From assembly GCF_009834535.1 (NCBI RefSeq), contig NC_045696.1, forward strand, positions 97,280,001 through 97,344,000: a stretch of 64,000 bases of DNA. The letters are read 5' to 3'. This DNA is from Camelus ferus. Its lineage: Eukaryota. The stretch's first letter is position 1; every line of letters begins with the position of its first letter. This document shows, in pieces, positions 34,723 through 48,960 of the stretch. Below the pieces are notes generated by a model. That model did no database searches and had not been told where the DNA came from. It saw only the letters and a program-made list of their open reading frames with translations. Both the position numbers and the translations under genes were made by a program.

Positions 34723-35141
34723 CAGGTTTCCCCAGCTACCTGAAAGTAGAGTATTTTGAAACCTTTAATAAGCCAAAATGGCGTAAAGTGGACAAGCAGT
34801 TACCTTAGGACACATCTTGCTAACGGATGCACGTAAATTGAGATTAAAGCACAGATGCTCACAGACACAGTTCGAAGCTATGGCGGCTTGATGCTGAGGT
34901 GCCGAGTGTAGTTCCCAGGGAAGGAGCTGGGGTGCCACTCTCACTGCCTGTGGCATGTCCTGCCTTCTATGACGACTTGCTGCAAAACAAATGCTGAACA
35001 CTATTTGCTTTTCGCCCTTTTTTTGTAGAAACAAAAATCCTCTTCAGATTTCTTTCAGTTAGCAAAAACAGGTACTAATGTAGGTCTTTCATAAAAGTGA
35101 AGTGGGCGTAAAGCGAACTTTCAGAAAGTGGGGGATACCTG
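34723..35141 (-). mobile_element. Non-autonomous Tigger (TcMar) element, possibly Tigger6-like
   Basis: About 25-bp terminal inverted repeats CAGGTTTCCCCAGCTACCTGAAAGT / (rc) CAGGTATCCCCCACTTTCTGAAAGT; TA duplication at 34721-34722 and 35142-35143. Confidence 0.85.
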
Positions 35142-38118
35142 TATTGTGATGGAAAGTCTTATTTTTCCGTGGAAACATACATAAATTACATTTGCCCTAT
35201 CTCCACTGGATTGGAAATTCCTTGTGAATGAAGGTCACGTCTCTTTATAAGTTTTCTAAAATTTCCATTATAATAATAGACATACATTGACATTTATTTG
35301 GCAAATACAGACGAAGTGCCTGCTAGGTACCACGAACTGTACTAAAGCAGAGCTTAATGGAAGAACTGAGACTTCAGTATCTAAGCTGGCCTGCAAGACT
35401 GCATAGATTCAAGGCTAGCATGATACTAAACTTGCTTAGTTTGGGTCTGTAATAATTTGTACTTGAAGAGACACGGTTTTGCATTATTTTCTTCTCATGT
35501 CTTAGTGAGGTACTTACAGCAGGTATTATCAGAAAGGTAGGTTAAGGGTTTGCTCAAGGTCACACATCTAATCATTACTAGCACCAGGTCTTTTGGTTCC
35601 ATATCCTGTGTTCTTTCCACTGTATCATTCTGCTGATCTTCTAAAAATTAACTGCTAACGTCCTCATTGCTATGGGGTTCATTAGAACTACTTACATTCC
35701 TTACATACCTCCACCCCTCCAACTAATGCAGCTTTGATACCAATTACTAAAGTTTATCTGTGGTAGAAGGGAGCTTAGGAACCAGCTATAGGAAAGGAAA
35801 TGATTTGTGGTTCCCGTGGAGTTTTAGAGCTCTCTGTAATTCCTAAAATGGAATGATTCCTGCAGGGAGGAGAGGTAAAATAATTAACATTCCTCACTGA
35901 CTTCTACTGGATTTCCCTTTGGACATAAGATCCAGTGAGAGTAGGTAATTTCTTTCTTTGCTCCTTTTATTTTTTAAATTAGAAAAAAAAAATCCAAACA
36001 TAAAAGTATAATGCTATACCATTATACCACCTCGTACTATCACTCGGTTTCAACAATTTTCAATATTCTGCTACTCTTGTTAGATTTACCCTCCTTTACT
36101 TTTTTTCATGAAGTATTTATAGCAAATTCTGAGACATATTTTATCAACACATATTTAGTATTTCTAAAAGATAAGGACTTCTAAAAGATGTAATCACAGT
36201 ACTATTATCACACCTAACAAAATGAACAGTGATTTCTTAATAGCATCCAATACCCTAGGTGTATTCAAAAATCCTCAATTGTCTCAGAACTTTCCGTTCA
36301 CAGATGATTTATTCAAACTAGGATCCAAGCAAGGTCTAAATATTACGTCTGGCTGATGATTTTTAATCTAAAAGAGATCTGCCCTCTTTCTACACCTTAT
36401 TCGTTAAAGAAACGGGAGTATCTGTCCTGTAAAGTTTGTCTGCATTCGGAGCTGAGTGATCGCACAGCTGACTGTTTTTATGCAGGCTACAGCACTACAT
36501 TAATCATTCACGGTCTAGGACAAACATTCTACTGGCTCAGTGGCACCCTTAAGCAAACTAGAAGAAAAGCAACACTTCCTCAAGGTGCTCTTTGCTCTTC
36601 AAATAACTGTTATCACAAATATAAAAATCTCTGATAATGAAGAATGAATGAAAACCTCTGAGCTGTACAACATTCAACCTGCATGATCGTATGTTGCAGC
36701 CTGGTCAGAGTTCTTGGTGAGATAACTTCCCTCAGGTAAGAAAAAGCAGATGGGATTTCTTTTGGATAAAGTGACTACTTCAGTCCTTAAACTTGAAAGA
36801 CACAGAGAACACCAATTTTCAACACTATCATTATCCTATGACAGTGGTGAACCTGACAGGCTTTTCACACTCTCAAACTGTGTAGCCTCAAGTATCTGGA
36901 CTAACAAAAAAAAAAAATCAAGATTAAAGCTTTTGGCAAAAGAATAACTTCTTTAATTTAAAAAAATGGTCTCCAATTTTATGTTCATGTGGAACCATTT
37001 TGAATTTATCCTTTTCATAATTATGACAAAAAGGTTTGACTTTTTCACAGAAAATAACAACTATGAGAAGGTGTTTAGTTTGCCATTTAAAAAAAAATTC
37101 ATCCAGTGATTCGTTCTAAATTTCTCATAATTCGGCTTACAATGGAATGATCAGGTTCACTGAGAACAGCTTTACACTGTCAGCCTTTTGTGCAGATTAA
37201 AAACTACTGTCAATCGATACATTGGCGGGCATGTTAGCAAAGATTTGGAACTCTGACAGCTGCTGTTTATTTTAGTATTTTTAGAACCAGGATAACTGAA
37301 TTAAAATGGTTTGTGATTTAATTATAACTTGGAACAATTAGCAAATATTTGAGTTCCTACTAAGTAAATGTCATGCTAAGTATGAATGCTTCTTAGAATT
37401 AAAAAATACAACCCATGCAAAGAAAAATATCTTCAAGATACAGACTAATAAATAATTTTAAACTGTGAGGCCTATCTCAATTATATATTAGGAATTCACA
37501 AAAAGATGCATTAAGTCAAAATGTTTTCTGAACTATTAATTCAATAGTTAAACCAGTATGAAATCTTTTGGTAAATTTTGGAATGACAATTCCGTTTTGA
37601 TTTATGCTCAAGCTAGCATCCCCAGTGTGTAGATAGAACAGTGGGTCTAGAACACAACAAGTGCCCAGTATATATTTATTGAGTGCATGAATAGATATTT
37701 AAATCTGGAATTTACCATTTAAGTTAATGTGTAAGTTACTTAAGGTCAGTATTTTTAAAAGCAGTCTGTATAAATCAGTAATGTTAACAAATAATTTTAT
37801 TGGTACTAAAATACTAAATGAAGACCTCATGTTAAGACAGGTGAATTTGATGAGAACTAAAACTTTCTAAGAATACTGGACTGACCGGGAAATGTGTACA
37901 GTAACAGGAATTCTCATATACCTCTTGTAGGAGGGTAAACTGGTATAAACACTTCGGAGAGTAATTTGGCACCATGCAGTAAATTTGATGATATGCATAC
38001 TCTATGACTTAGCAGTTTCACTCCTAGGTAAATCATTGACCTAGAGAAACACATCTAAGCAAGGTGGCATGAAGCAGAAGTCCAAGCAGGAGCAGGACTT
38101 GAAGTGCAGGGGATAGAC

Positions 38119-39960
38119 TTCTAGTTTCCAATCTGGCATGCAAGGATCTTGGAAGTTGTCACTCCTGTGCCCACAGCAAGGGAAAAACTAAACAAAACGA
38201 AAATCAACAACTCTTTTTAGATCCACTGAAGGACTGAGGTCACAGAGAAAACTGCTGGCCCCAAAACTGAACAGACAGATTGGAAAACAGAAAGAATCAT
38301 AACTTACTGGAGCAGAAGCCCAGGAGCAAAAGACTCTGTGGGAAATAGCACCGGATAGGGAATCATAAACTGTACCTGATAAATTGCTGGAGGCTCAGTG
38401 TGGATCAGTTTGAGAATTAAAAACTCTAGGGGAGGTTTTCTAGTCCAGCATATAAGAAGCTTAGAAGTCACCTCTCTGTCATAACAACAAGTTAAAAGCT
38501 CAGCAAACTCAAAATTCAATGAGTCTTCTTCAACAGAGAAATGAACTCACAGGGCGAACTGTTGCCCCTAAAATTGGATATTCAGACAGATAGATACAGA
38601 GAATCACAGCTTATCAGAGCAGAAACCCCCTGAGCAAAGACTTCCACAGGAACCAGTACCAGGGTAGGAAAACTGAACAACTGTAATTGATGAATTGCTC
38701 AGTGTGTTACAAGTCTGAGAGTTTAAAACTCCAGAGGAGCCTGAACATTGTGAGTTTTATCTTGTGAAGCTCTACCAGGTTCTCACAGTGAATACTGGAG
38801 AAAAATCCTCTTGGGCTTCTGGCAGGAGAGGGGAAAAGTAGCCACTTTAAAATATGCCAGAGCATTCTGTTCCCAAGCCCTCAAGGATAAACAATCTAAC
38901 CATATTATAACCTACTGGGGTTTTTATCAGAATCTAACTGACATGGAGGAATGAAAATACCCAACTCCAATGTCTCTAGCCATCAGTTTCCACTAATGGC
39001 TGAGAAAAAACTAAGAGGCGCTTGTGAAGTTCACAGCCCAAAGCCACAGGCTCACTAAAAGACCGAGACATAATCAAAGAGCTACAGAATGCTTCCTATC
39101 CCCCTAAATCTTACCTCCACAGGACTAAAGGCCTATTAAATGGAGTTCCTTTCACTAGAATATTATGTCCAGATTTTTCAACAAAAAAATTACAAGGGAT
39201 ATTAAAAGGCAAAAAACACAGTTTGAAAAGAAAGAGCAAACATCAGAACCAGACTCAGAGATGGCAGTGATGTTGGAATTACCAGATCATGAACTTAAAA
39301 CAACTGTGATAAATATGCTAAGGGCTCTAATGAATAAAGTAGACAATATGCAAGAACAATGTAATAAGCAGAGAGATGGAAATTCTAAGAAAGAATTAAA
39401 AAGAAATGCTAAAGATAAAAATATGAACAGAAATGAAAGATGCCTTTGATGGGCTCATTAGCAGACTGGACACAGCTGAGGAAAGAATCTCTATGCTTGA
39501 GGATATGCCAATAGAAACCTCCAAAATTGAAAAGCAAAAGACTCAAAAAAAAAAAAATTAGAATACCCAAGAACTGCAGAACAACTAAGAAAGGTGTAGC
39601 ATATGTGAAGAGTGAGAAGAAAAAGAGAAAAGAGTAATGATTAAGAATTCCCCCATGTTAATGAAAGACAACAAACCACAAATCCAGGAAGATTAGAGAA
39701 CACCAAGCAGGAAAATGCCAAAAAACATGAAACCTAAGCATGTCATGTTCAAACTTAGAAGACCAAAGATTTAAAAAAAAAAAAAGATCTTGAAGGAAGC
39801 CAGAGGAAAAAAATACCTTTACCTATACAGAAACAAAGATAAGAATCATACCTGACCCTCCTCAGAAACCAGGCAAGCAAGAAGAGAATGGAGTAAAATA
39901 TTTAAAGCATTGAGGGGGAAAAAAATCCACCAACCTAGAATTCTTCAAAAGTGAAGGAGA
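38119..39960 (+). mobile_element. Old L1 5'UTR (two tandem monomers) plus ORF1 relic
   Basis: ORF1-like remnants (ELPDHELKTTVINMLRAL; 'atcttgaaggaagccagaggaaaaaa'). Confidence 0.75.
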
Positions 39961-40715
39961 GGACTGATGTCAACAAGACGGCAGAACAAGAAGCCTGCCC
40001 TTGATCTGCCTGCCACAATGGAGACTTGACATTAACAAACAGATCAAATGCCTCTGTGAGAAATCCAAAAAACAGTTAAAAGGTTCCTGCACCCTAGGCA
40101 AGGATGAAGCCAACAGCATCAAAGCCCAATAAGAAAACTCTCTTGCACCAGAACCCCTCTCCCCGGGAGGAAACCCCCAACCCCTGTTTTCTACCCGGGA
40201 AGGGAAAAGTGTAGAATGTACATCCAATGGCAGAATTGTAGAGGGGCTGCCCAAGGGAACAGTTTCTGTCTTGATGAATCCAAGTACTGACAAGAACGCA
40301 GTGCCAGGTTGAGGATCTCTAAGAACAAAGATGATAAACCATGCACTAGGGTCTGCATTACCACAGACACACACTAAGTAAGAGCGCCAGTATCACAATT
40401 TACTGCAGCTCCAGAGAGGCTGCAGTCTTGTACGCAGACACCTGGGGAGCTCCTGAGTAGGCACTACCTCCACTTAAAGACTTACTATAAGGCTACAACA
40501 ATCATAACAGTATGGAATTAGTGAAAGAGCAGTTATATAGGTATATGGGGCAGAACAGACAGCCCATAAATAGATCCAAACAAATATACTCAACTGCTCT
40601 TTGACAAGACAGCAAGGCAGACAGGATAGTCCTTTCTAAAATGGTACCAGAACAACTAGACATGCCCCCAAATTAATCTAAATAAGAGTCCTTTATCAAC
40701 ATGATAAATGGCATT

Positions 40716-41532
40716 TTTTCTTTTTTAATACTGAACATTGTTCCCTGTGTTATACAGCAAATCCTTGTTATATATTTTATATATAGTATATGTGCTGCTG
40801 AAGTGAGTACTATTTTCCCCTACCTTCACTCCCTTTCCCCTTTAAACATAAGTTTGTTTCTATGTCTGTGAGTCTATTTCTGTTTTGTATATAGATTCAT
40901 TTGTATTATTTTTAGATTCCACATATAAGTGATATCATAATATTTGTCTTTCTCTGCCTGACTTACTTCACTTAATATGATAATCTCTAGGTCCATCCAT
41001 GTTGCTGCAAATGGCAATATTTTGTTCTTTTTTATGGCTGGGTAATATTCCATTGTACCTATACATCATATCTTCTTTATCCATTCATCTGTTGATGGAC
41101 ATTTAGGTTACTTCTATGTCTTAGCTATTGTAAATAGTGTTGCCAGGAACACTGAGGTGCATGTATCTTTTCAAATTAGATTTTCTGTCTTTTCTGGATG
41201 TATGCCAGAGTAGGGTTGCTACATCATATGGTAGCTCTATTTTTAGTGTTTTAAGGAATCTCCATACTGTTTTCTGTAGTGGTTGCACCAATTTACATTA
41301 CTACCAATGGTGTAGGAGGGTTCCTTATTCTCCACACCCTTTCCAGAATTTATTGTTTGTAGACTTTTTGATGAAAGCCATTCTGACTGGTGTGAGGTGG
41401 TATCTCATTGTAGTTTTGATTTGCATTCCTCTAATAATTAGTGATGATGAGCATTTTTCCATGTGCCCATTGGTCATCTGTATGTCTTCTTTTGGAGAAT
41501 TGTCTATTAGGTCTTCTGCCCATTTTTCATTG
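40716..41532 (-). mobile_element. Younger L1 3' end inserted antisense into an older L1
   Basis: Antisense ORF2 end/3'UTR; TSD GATAAATGGCATT 40703-40715 / GATACATGGCATT 41533-41545. Confidence 0.85.
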
Positions 41533-42784
41533 GATACATGGCATTAAAAAAAAAATCACACAACTAACATAATACTCAATGGTAAAAGACTAAAAGCTTT
41601 CCTCCCAAGATCAGGAACGAGATAAGCGTGCATACTTTCACTACTGCTATTCAACACTGTACTGGAGCCTCTACCCAGAGCAACTAGCACAAGAAAAGGA
41701 AATAAAAGGATCAAGCCACAAAAAGTCATGGAAGAAACTTAAGTGCATATTTACTATTCCAACTGTATGACAGTCTGCAACTGGTAATACTACAGAGAGA
41801 GTAAAAGATCAGTAGTTTGTGAGAGGGAAGGAGAAAGGGATGAATAGATGGGGCACAGGGGATTTTTAGAGCAGTGAAACTATTCTGTATGATATAATGG
41901 TGGACACATGACATTACACATTTGTCAAAATACATACAATCGTACCATGCAAAGAGTAGACTCTAATGCAAACTATGTACTTAGGTTAATAATATATCAG
42001 TATTCATTCATCATTTGTAACAAATGTACCACACTAATGAAAGATGATAATATTAGGGGTAATTTAAGAGGGGAGGGGCATATGAGCACTCTCTGTACTT
42101 TGTACTCAATTTTTCTGTAAATCTAAAATTGCTCTAAAAATAAAAATCTATTAATTAAAAACAAAAATGTTTTTAACAAAGGACAGGGGGCACTGTGTTA
42201 TTCTAAATGTCAGTGTCATAAAAGATAAAGGCTGAAGAACAAATCCAGATTAAAAAAACCTAAAGAAGTATCTTAACTACATGCAAGAGGTGATTCTAGA
42301 CTGGATACTATACTGGAAGAAAAAATAATATAAAGAAACCTATTGGAATAAATGGCAAAACTAGAAAAAGGCCAATTAATTAGATTAAAATAGTCTATCA
42401 ACAAATTTCTGGAAGTTGACGATTTAATGAAGTACCACAAAAGAATCTCCTTATTCTTAAGAAATAAACATGAAAATATTTAGACATAAAGAATCGTGAT
42501 GTACATAACTTAGTCTTAAATTATTCAGGTGAAAAATTTTATATAGATACATAAAGAGGGAAAGCAAAAATGATAAAGCAATAGGTTGCCTCCAAAAATT
42601 CATGTCCACTCGGAACCTGTGAATGTTAATGTGTTTGGATATAGGTTCCTTCCAGATGTGACCAAGTTAAGATGAGGTTATAATGGATTTGGGTGTCATT
42701 ATAAGAAATGGAAATTTGAATAATGGGACAATGTGACACCAAGTGCTTCCTGCTGTGATGCAACACGAAGGGATCACCAACCTC

Positions 42785-42999
42785 AGGGAACAGCAAACTA
42801 TTTCTGTGAAGGCCAGTAATAAATATTTTAGTTTTTTGTGAGCCATACAGTCTCTCTGCCACAGCCATGTGACTGCCACCGAAACACAAAAGCAGTGCCT
42901 ATCTATGAAAACAAACGGGTGTGGCCGTGTTTCAGTGAACCTTGTTTATAAAAGCAGGTGGCAGGTTGGACACCCACAGGTCGTGGTTTGTCGACCTGC
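42785..42999 (+). mobile_element. MER58A-like DNA transposon, between MLT1 pieces (about 42585-42760 and 43330-43640)
   Basis: 'caggga..agcaaactatttctgtgaaggccagtaataaatattttag..gggtgtggccgtgtttcag'. Confidence 0.7.
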
Positions 43000-43799
43000 A
43001 ACATACATGGCAATCCCACCAAAAATGTTTAACCTGAATCTAATCATGAGAAAACAATCAGACAAATCCAAATTGTGGGGCATTCTATAAACACAGACCT
43101 GGAGTTTTCTTTAAAGAAGTCAATACAATGACAGACAAATGGAGAAGGGGCTGTGCCAGATTAAAGGAGATTAAGAAGACATGATTTGCCTTAGAAACAA
43201 TGAACAGTGCATATATGTAAATTTTTAAAAATATGTGCAGTATATTGTGTATATGTATTTACATGTAATATATTGTATATGTGCAGTCAAATTGTAACAA
43301 TTCTACCTAATAACACTGAGAAATGAAAAAAAAATAAAAGAGATGGAAATCTGGACACATGCGCGCACACACACGCACATGGGAGAAAGCCATATGAAGA
43401 TGGAGGCAGAGATTGGAGTTATGCTGCCACAAGTCAAGGAAAGCCAAGGATTGCCAGAAACCACCAGAAACAAGGAAGAGGCAAGGAAGAATCCTTCCCT
43501 AGATTAGAAAGGAAACAACCTTCCCAACACCCTGATTTTGGAATTCCAGCTCCTAGAACTGTGAGAAAATAAATTCCAATTGTTTTAAGCCATCTCGTTT
43601 GAGGTACTTTTGCTATGGCAGCCCTGTGGAAACTAATACAGTAAGTAACAGGTGAATCTGAGTAAAGGGTGTTTTGGGACAATTTATGCAAGAATTTTTT
43701 TTTTGCCGTCTTGACAGTCTTTCTCAGAACAGAAGTTTTTAAACTTTGAAGCAAAGTTTTCTAAGTTTGAAATTACATCCTGAAAGGTTAAAGACAAAT

Positions 43800-46120
43800 A
43801 CAACAAGGCCAAGGACTTGAGTAGACATTTCTCCAAAGACAGACAGATGGCCAACAGGCACATGAAAACATGCTCAACATCACTAATCTGGAAATGCAAA
43901 TCAAAACCACATTAACGAGATACCATGTCACATCCATTAGGGATATACCAAAGGCAGAAAACGACAAGTGTTGGCAAGGATGTAGAAAAACTGGAAACTT
44001 GTGCACTGCTGGTGGGAATATAAAATGATGCAGCCACTGTGGAAAATGGTATGGCATTCCTCAAAAAATTAAACAGAGAATTACCATTTAATCCACTAAT
44101 CCCACTTTTGGATATATACCCAAAAGAACTGAAAGCAGAGACTCAGGTATTTGTAACTCCATGTTTATAGCAGCATTATTCACAACAGCACCCAGGTATC
44201 CATTGAAACATGAATGGATAAACAGTACGTGGTATGTACAAAGAATATCATGAATATTATTCAGGCTTAAAAAGGAAATAAATTCTGACACATGCTACAA
44301 CATGTATGACCCTACAACACAGATGAACCTTGAGGACATTATGCTAAGTGAAATAAGCGAGTCACTTATTATTCTACTTATACGAGGTAACTAGAGTAGT
44401 CAGATTCATAGAGATAGGAAGCAGAATGGTAGGTGCCATGTGCTGGTGGGAGGGGGAAGTGGAGAGTTACTGTTTATTGGGTACAGAGTTTCAGTTTGGG
44501 ACGGTGGAAAAGTTCTGGAGATGGATGGTGGTGATGACTGCACAACAAGGTGAATACAGGAAATGTCACTGAACTTTTCATTTAAAAATTGTTAAAATGG
44601 CACATTTTATGTTATGGATAGTTTACTACAAAAAATACAATAATTGTATGTGTATGTTTGGAGGCAGGGTGGCCTTGACAAGTTGATTTTAAATTGACAT
44701 GGAAATACAAAGTGTCAAGAATAGCTAAAAATTGTTGAAGAGGAGCAAGGTGGGAGGACTAACTCTATCAGATATCAAGACTTACCATAAACCTAGATAG
44801 TAACTGAGATAGAATGATATCCCTGTAAGGATAAACAGTAAGACCAACAGAAGTCCAGAAATAAATTCACACATACGTGGACACTTTGTTATGTTAGAAG
44901 TGAACTGACACTGCCAACAGTGTATTTTTAATAATTAGCTCTGGGACACTGGATATCCTTATATAAAATATCAAATTGGCAACAACTTATACTGGGCCCC
45001 CTACTTTACAGGATCAGTTTAAGTAGACTAAACACACAAATATGAAAGGCAAAACTATAAAGCTTTCAGAAGATAACACAGTATCTTAGATCTTAGAGTA
45101 TGGAAGAAGTTGTTTTAAAACATGCCATACACATGTTTAAAAACACTATCATAAAAGAACTTTAGTCATATGAAAAAATAAGTCATAAACTAGAATACAG
45201 TTAAGACACACAAAATCAGTGAAGAACTGATTCAACACACACCACAACTCCAGGACAAGGTTGCAAGAACATACAAAGAATTTCTCTTACATGTGAAAAG
45301 TGGGGAGGACAACCCAACAGGAAAATGACATGAAAAGTGCTTCATCGAAGAGAAAATCTAACTAGTAAATAAATCTATAAACAGGCACTTAACCTCACTG
45401 ACACGGAGGGAAACATAAATTAAAACCACTGCGAGTTATCTTTATAAACCCATTGGATTGGCTAAATTAAAAGTCAATCAGTACAAAATATTGGTTCATA
45501 TGTGGGACAACAGGAACTCCTATACACTGTTGATGGGCATATAAACCGGTACTATCATCACTTTGAAAAAGACTTGGCATTGTCCAATAAAACTGAAGGT
45601 AGGTATATCCTACGAGCCACCAATAACCTACTTCTAGAGAAGAATACTCTAAAGAAATTCATGTTCATATACATCAGATATACGTACAAGAATGTTCCTA
45701 AAAGCATAGTCTGTAATGGCCCTAAACTGGGAAAACAAAACACTATACATCAATTATACTTCAGTAAAAAAATAAAAAAATAAAACAAAAACTCAAATTT
45801 CTATCAATAGTAAAATGGATAAATATTTATAAAATGGAACGGAAGTGAATGAACTACATATACATGCAATAAAGGCTAATTTCACCAAAAAATGTTAATA
45901 AAAAGGGTAAGACCAAAAAATACACCTTAAAAAATGGGAAAAATTAAATCATATAGTTTTGGAATGTATACATAAGTGATAAAACTTAAAAGAAAGGCAA
46001 TGAAATGATTATCATAAACCAGCACAGTGATTACTTCCAGTGGGGAGGAAAGGATTACAAACTAGAAGGGGACACAGTAGTTTCTGCAATGCTAGTGATG
46101 TTCTATGTCTTAAATGGTAA
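43800..46120 (+). mobile_element. L1MB-like 3' end followed by older L1ME-like fragments
   Basis: 'gggtacagagtttcagtttggga..aaaagttctggagatggatggtggtgatg' 3'UTR motif plus ORF2 relics. Confidence 0.75.
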
Positions 46121-46159
46121 AGATAAACACCACTCCAAACAGATAAACATGGCTAGAGA

Positions 46160-47470
46160 AAAACACACAGTTGTGCTGTTGGTTCATAACTTTGAACCTG
46201 AAAGGGTTCAGGCCCCCAGGAAATCATATTATATTTCCCTAGTCCATTTGCCCATCTGCTCTCTTAGAATAATATTTTATAACTTTCTGTTTTTAAAACT
46301 AGAGCATCTCCTCTCTTATCCTCAACTTTCAGTAGATGATGGTGTTTCCTACTTCACTGAGAAAATGAAGTAAAGAACACTTCTACAGGCTCACCACCAT
46401 AACCACTACCAGGATTTTGCACCCACAGATTCTATCTTCCCTTAGCTCAGCGCTCCATGCTACCATCTAAGGCCAACCCACCTATTTGTACACCAGATCC
46501 CATGCCTTCTTGCCTTCTCAAAAATATTATTACAGCAATTCTCCCACCTATCACCTACATCACCAATTTCCTTCAGCAAATAGGCTGTTATTTCTTAGCC
46601 AAACTTCCCCTACCAGCTACTGCACCATTTCTTTGCTCCCCTTTGCAGTTAGAGTTCTTGGAAAAGTTGTCTTAAGTTGCTATCCCTCTCCTTCCATTCT
46701 CAAGCCCACCGCAATTGGGTTTTTGGCTTGACCATTTTGTTGAAACTGCTCATTAAGACAGTCAATAACCTCTAATAGTCAATTGTCATCTTACATAGCT
46801 CTCAGGAGCGTTTGACACAGGTGAGCCCTCCTTGCTCCTTAGAGATTTGCATCACTTGTTTTCTGTAAACTACTCTCTTCTGATTTTCCCCTATATAACT
46901 GGTCACTCCTTCTCAGTTTCCACTGCTGATTCCTCTTCTTCCTTAACGCTGGTATGTCCCCATGTCTTTGGTATTCTTCCATCCATTTATACTCATTCTC
47001 TTGGTAATCTAATCCAGTCTCGTGATTTAAATACATCTTTATACTTATGCTCCCAGTGCAGACCCCTCTCTTGAACTCCAGACTCATTTAAATGTCTAGC
47101 AGACATCTGAAATTCAGCATATCCAAAACTGATTTCCCAAATTTTCTCCTAAAACCTGCTCCACCATTTATTAAACATCCTTATTTCCATTTAAGGCAAT
47201 GCTATCCTGCCAGTTGCTGAAACAAAAAAATCTGGAGTCATCCTTGTTTCCTCTCCCCACATCTAGTCCATCAGTAAATCCAGTACATTCCATCTTGCAA
47301 ATATATCTAGAATTTAAGATTTCTTTACCTCCTCTACTGCTACCACTCTAGTCCAAGCCACATTCATCTCTCACTTGGGTTACTGCAGTAGCCTAACTTT
47401 TCATTTAGATCTGATCTTTTCTCTGCTCAAAATCCTACAATGGCTACTCATCTTACTCAGAACAAAAGCA
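46160..47470 (+). mobile_element. L2 fragment
   Basis: 'cctacttcactgagaaaat', 'gacccctctcttgaactccagactcat', 'ctagtccaagcca' L2 motifs. Confidence 0.7.
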
Positions 47471-47867
47471 AACTATGCATGCCCCTTTTAGCCCAGCACA
47501 ATATCAACATTACTTTTTTTTTTTTTAACATTTTTTCCTGGTTTTAGGAAACACAAAAACAAACACACAAAATGGAGTTTAAAAAAGTGATTCCTAAAGC
47601 CAGTCCTCAAATTGGTCTATAAATAACTTTTACTTAATCCACACTGCATGATGACAGTGCACTGCATTTTTATGTCACTATTTATTTCTTTTAACATGTG
47701 AGTTAACCTATTTTTTGTTGTTAAATTTTACATTTTTCATAAAATAATGGTTATTATAAATGGTAGGTTTTTTTAAACAGTTTGTTACTTGGAAAAATAA
47801 AAATTTTGCAGAACTAAGTTTTTTTTAATTGAAGTATATTTGATTGAATTAAGTTTTAATGCTATAC

Positions 47868-48140
47868 TTACAGACACAGAAAACAAACTCATGATTACCA
47901 AAGGGAAACAGGTCAGGGGAGGGATAAATTAGGAGTTTGGGATTACCAGATAAAAACTATACATAAAATAAATAAACAACAAAGTCCTACTGTATCGCAC
48001 AGGGAACTATAGTAAACATCCTGTAATAAACTATAATGGAAAAGAATATGAAAAGTAATATATGTATATGTATAACTGAATCACTTTGCTGTATAGCAGA
48101 AACACTCACTGTAAATTAACTATACTTCAATTAAAAAAAA
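47868..48140 (+). mobile_element. Lineage L1 3'UTR fragment
   Basis: 'acagacacagaaaacaaactcatgattacc..gcacagggaactata..tatacttcaattaaaaaaaa'. Confidence 0.85.
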
Positions 48141-48866
48141 CAGAACATTTTTACTGGTATAAGAAATCGAAAAGGCTGGGAACTGGCCCAAAAGATTTAA
48201 CAAGCATGCACCTGCACTAAATGCTCACTAAAGCATAGGTAGGGGAAACCACATTTGCTAGAATTTTAGACCCATGCCCCTCTCCAGCTCTGTCAGTACT
48301 GGCAGTGTGACGTTAAATATTTTGCCTTTTTGACCTGACCCTCTATTTCTTCACCTATAAAATACCCATTGTAGTACCCATTTCATAAAAATATGAAAGT
48401 TAAATGAGATGATTCACCTAAAATATACTGACACATAATAGCTACCTATAGTGTTCAGTTAACACAACACTATAAACAATGTGTTTAGTTAATGCAATGT
48501 TAATACAGTGGCGTATGGTGGGAGAGAGAGTGGAAGGAAGCTCAGTGGGAGCAGACAGACCACCCTGGTGCAGAGAAGTCTTTTATCCACTGATGTTTAC
48601 AACTTCCGGCATGTAGTGATAATAAAACACATTTTGGTCAGTTTCACAATGATTTTTCAATCTTTGAAGACCAAGTACCCTCTTCTTGCCTCCACCAAGG
48701 TATACCAAAGGAAAAGACCATCTCCCACATTCATTCATTCACTATTAACTGAGTGTTAGGAACAAGTAGTATGGTAAGGACTTAGAAGGTAGCATTAGAA
48801 TATGATCACCATGTATTTTTCAATAAACTAAGGGTGGTTACTTAGCAAATAAAAATATTCACTTAC

Positions 48867-48960
48867 CTTTCTTGAATTTATGGACAGGGAGTTTCTTAAG
48901 TTGATCTTTACGAAGTCTGTTTCTTCTAGCTCTATGTCTATCCTGGACAAATTTTGTGAT
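48867..48960 (-). CDS. RNF13: RNF13 exon (ITKFVQDRHRARRNRLRKDQLKKLPVHKFKK)
   Basis: 94 nt, phase 0-1; acceptor 'ttttctcttttatatttag', donor AAG|GTAAGT; basic juxtamembrane segment. Confidence 0.98.
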
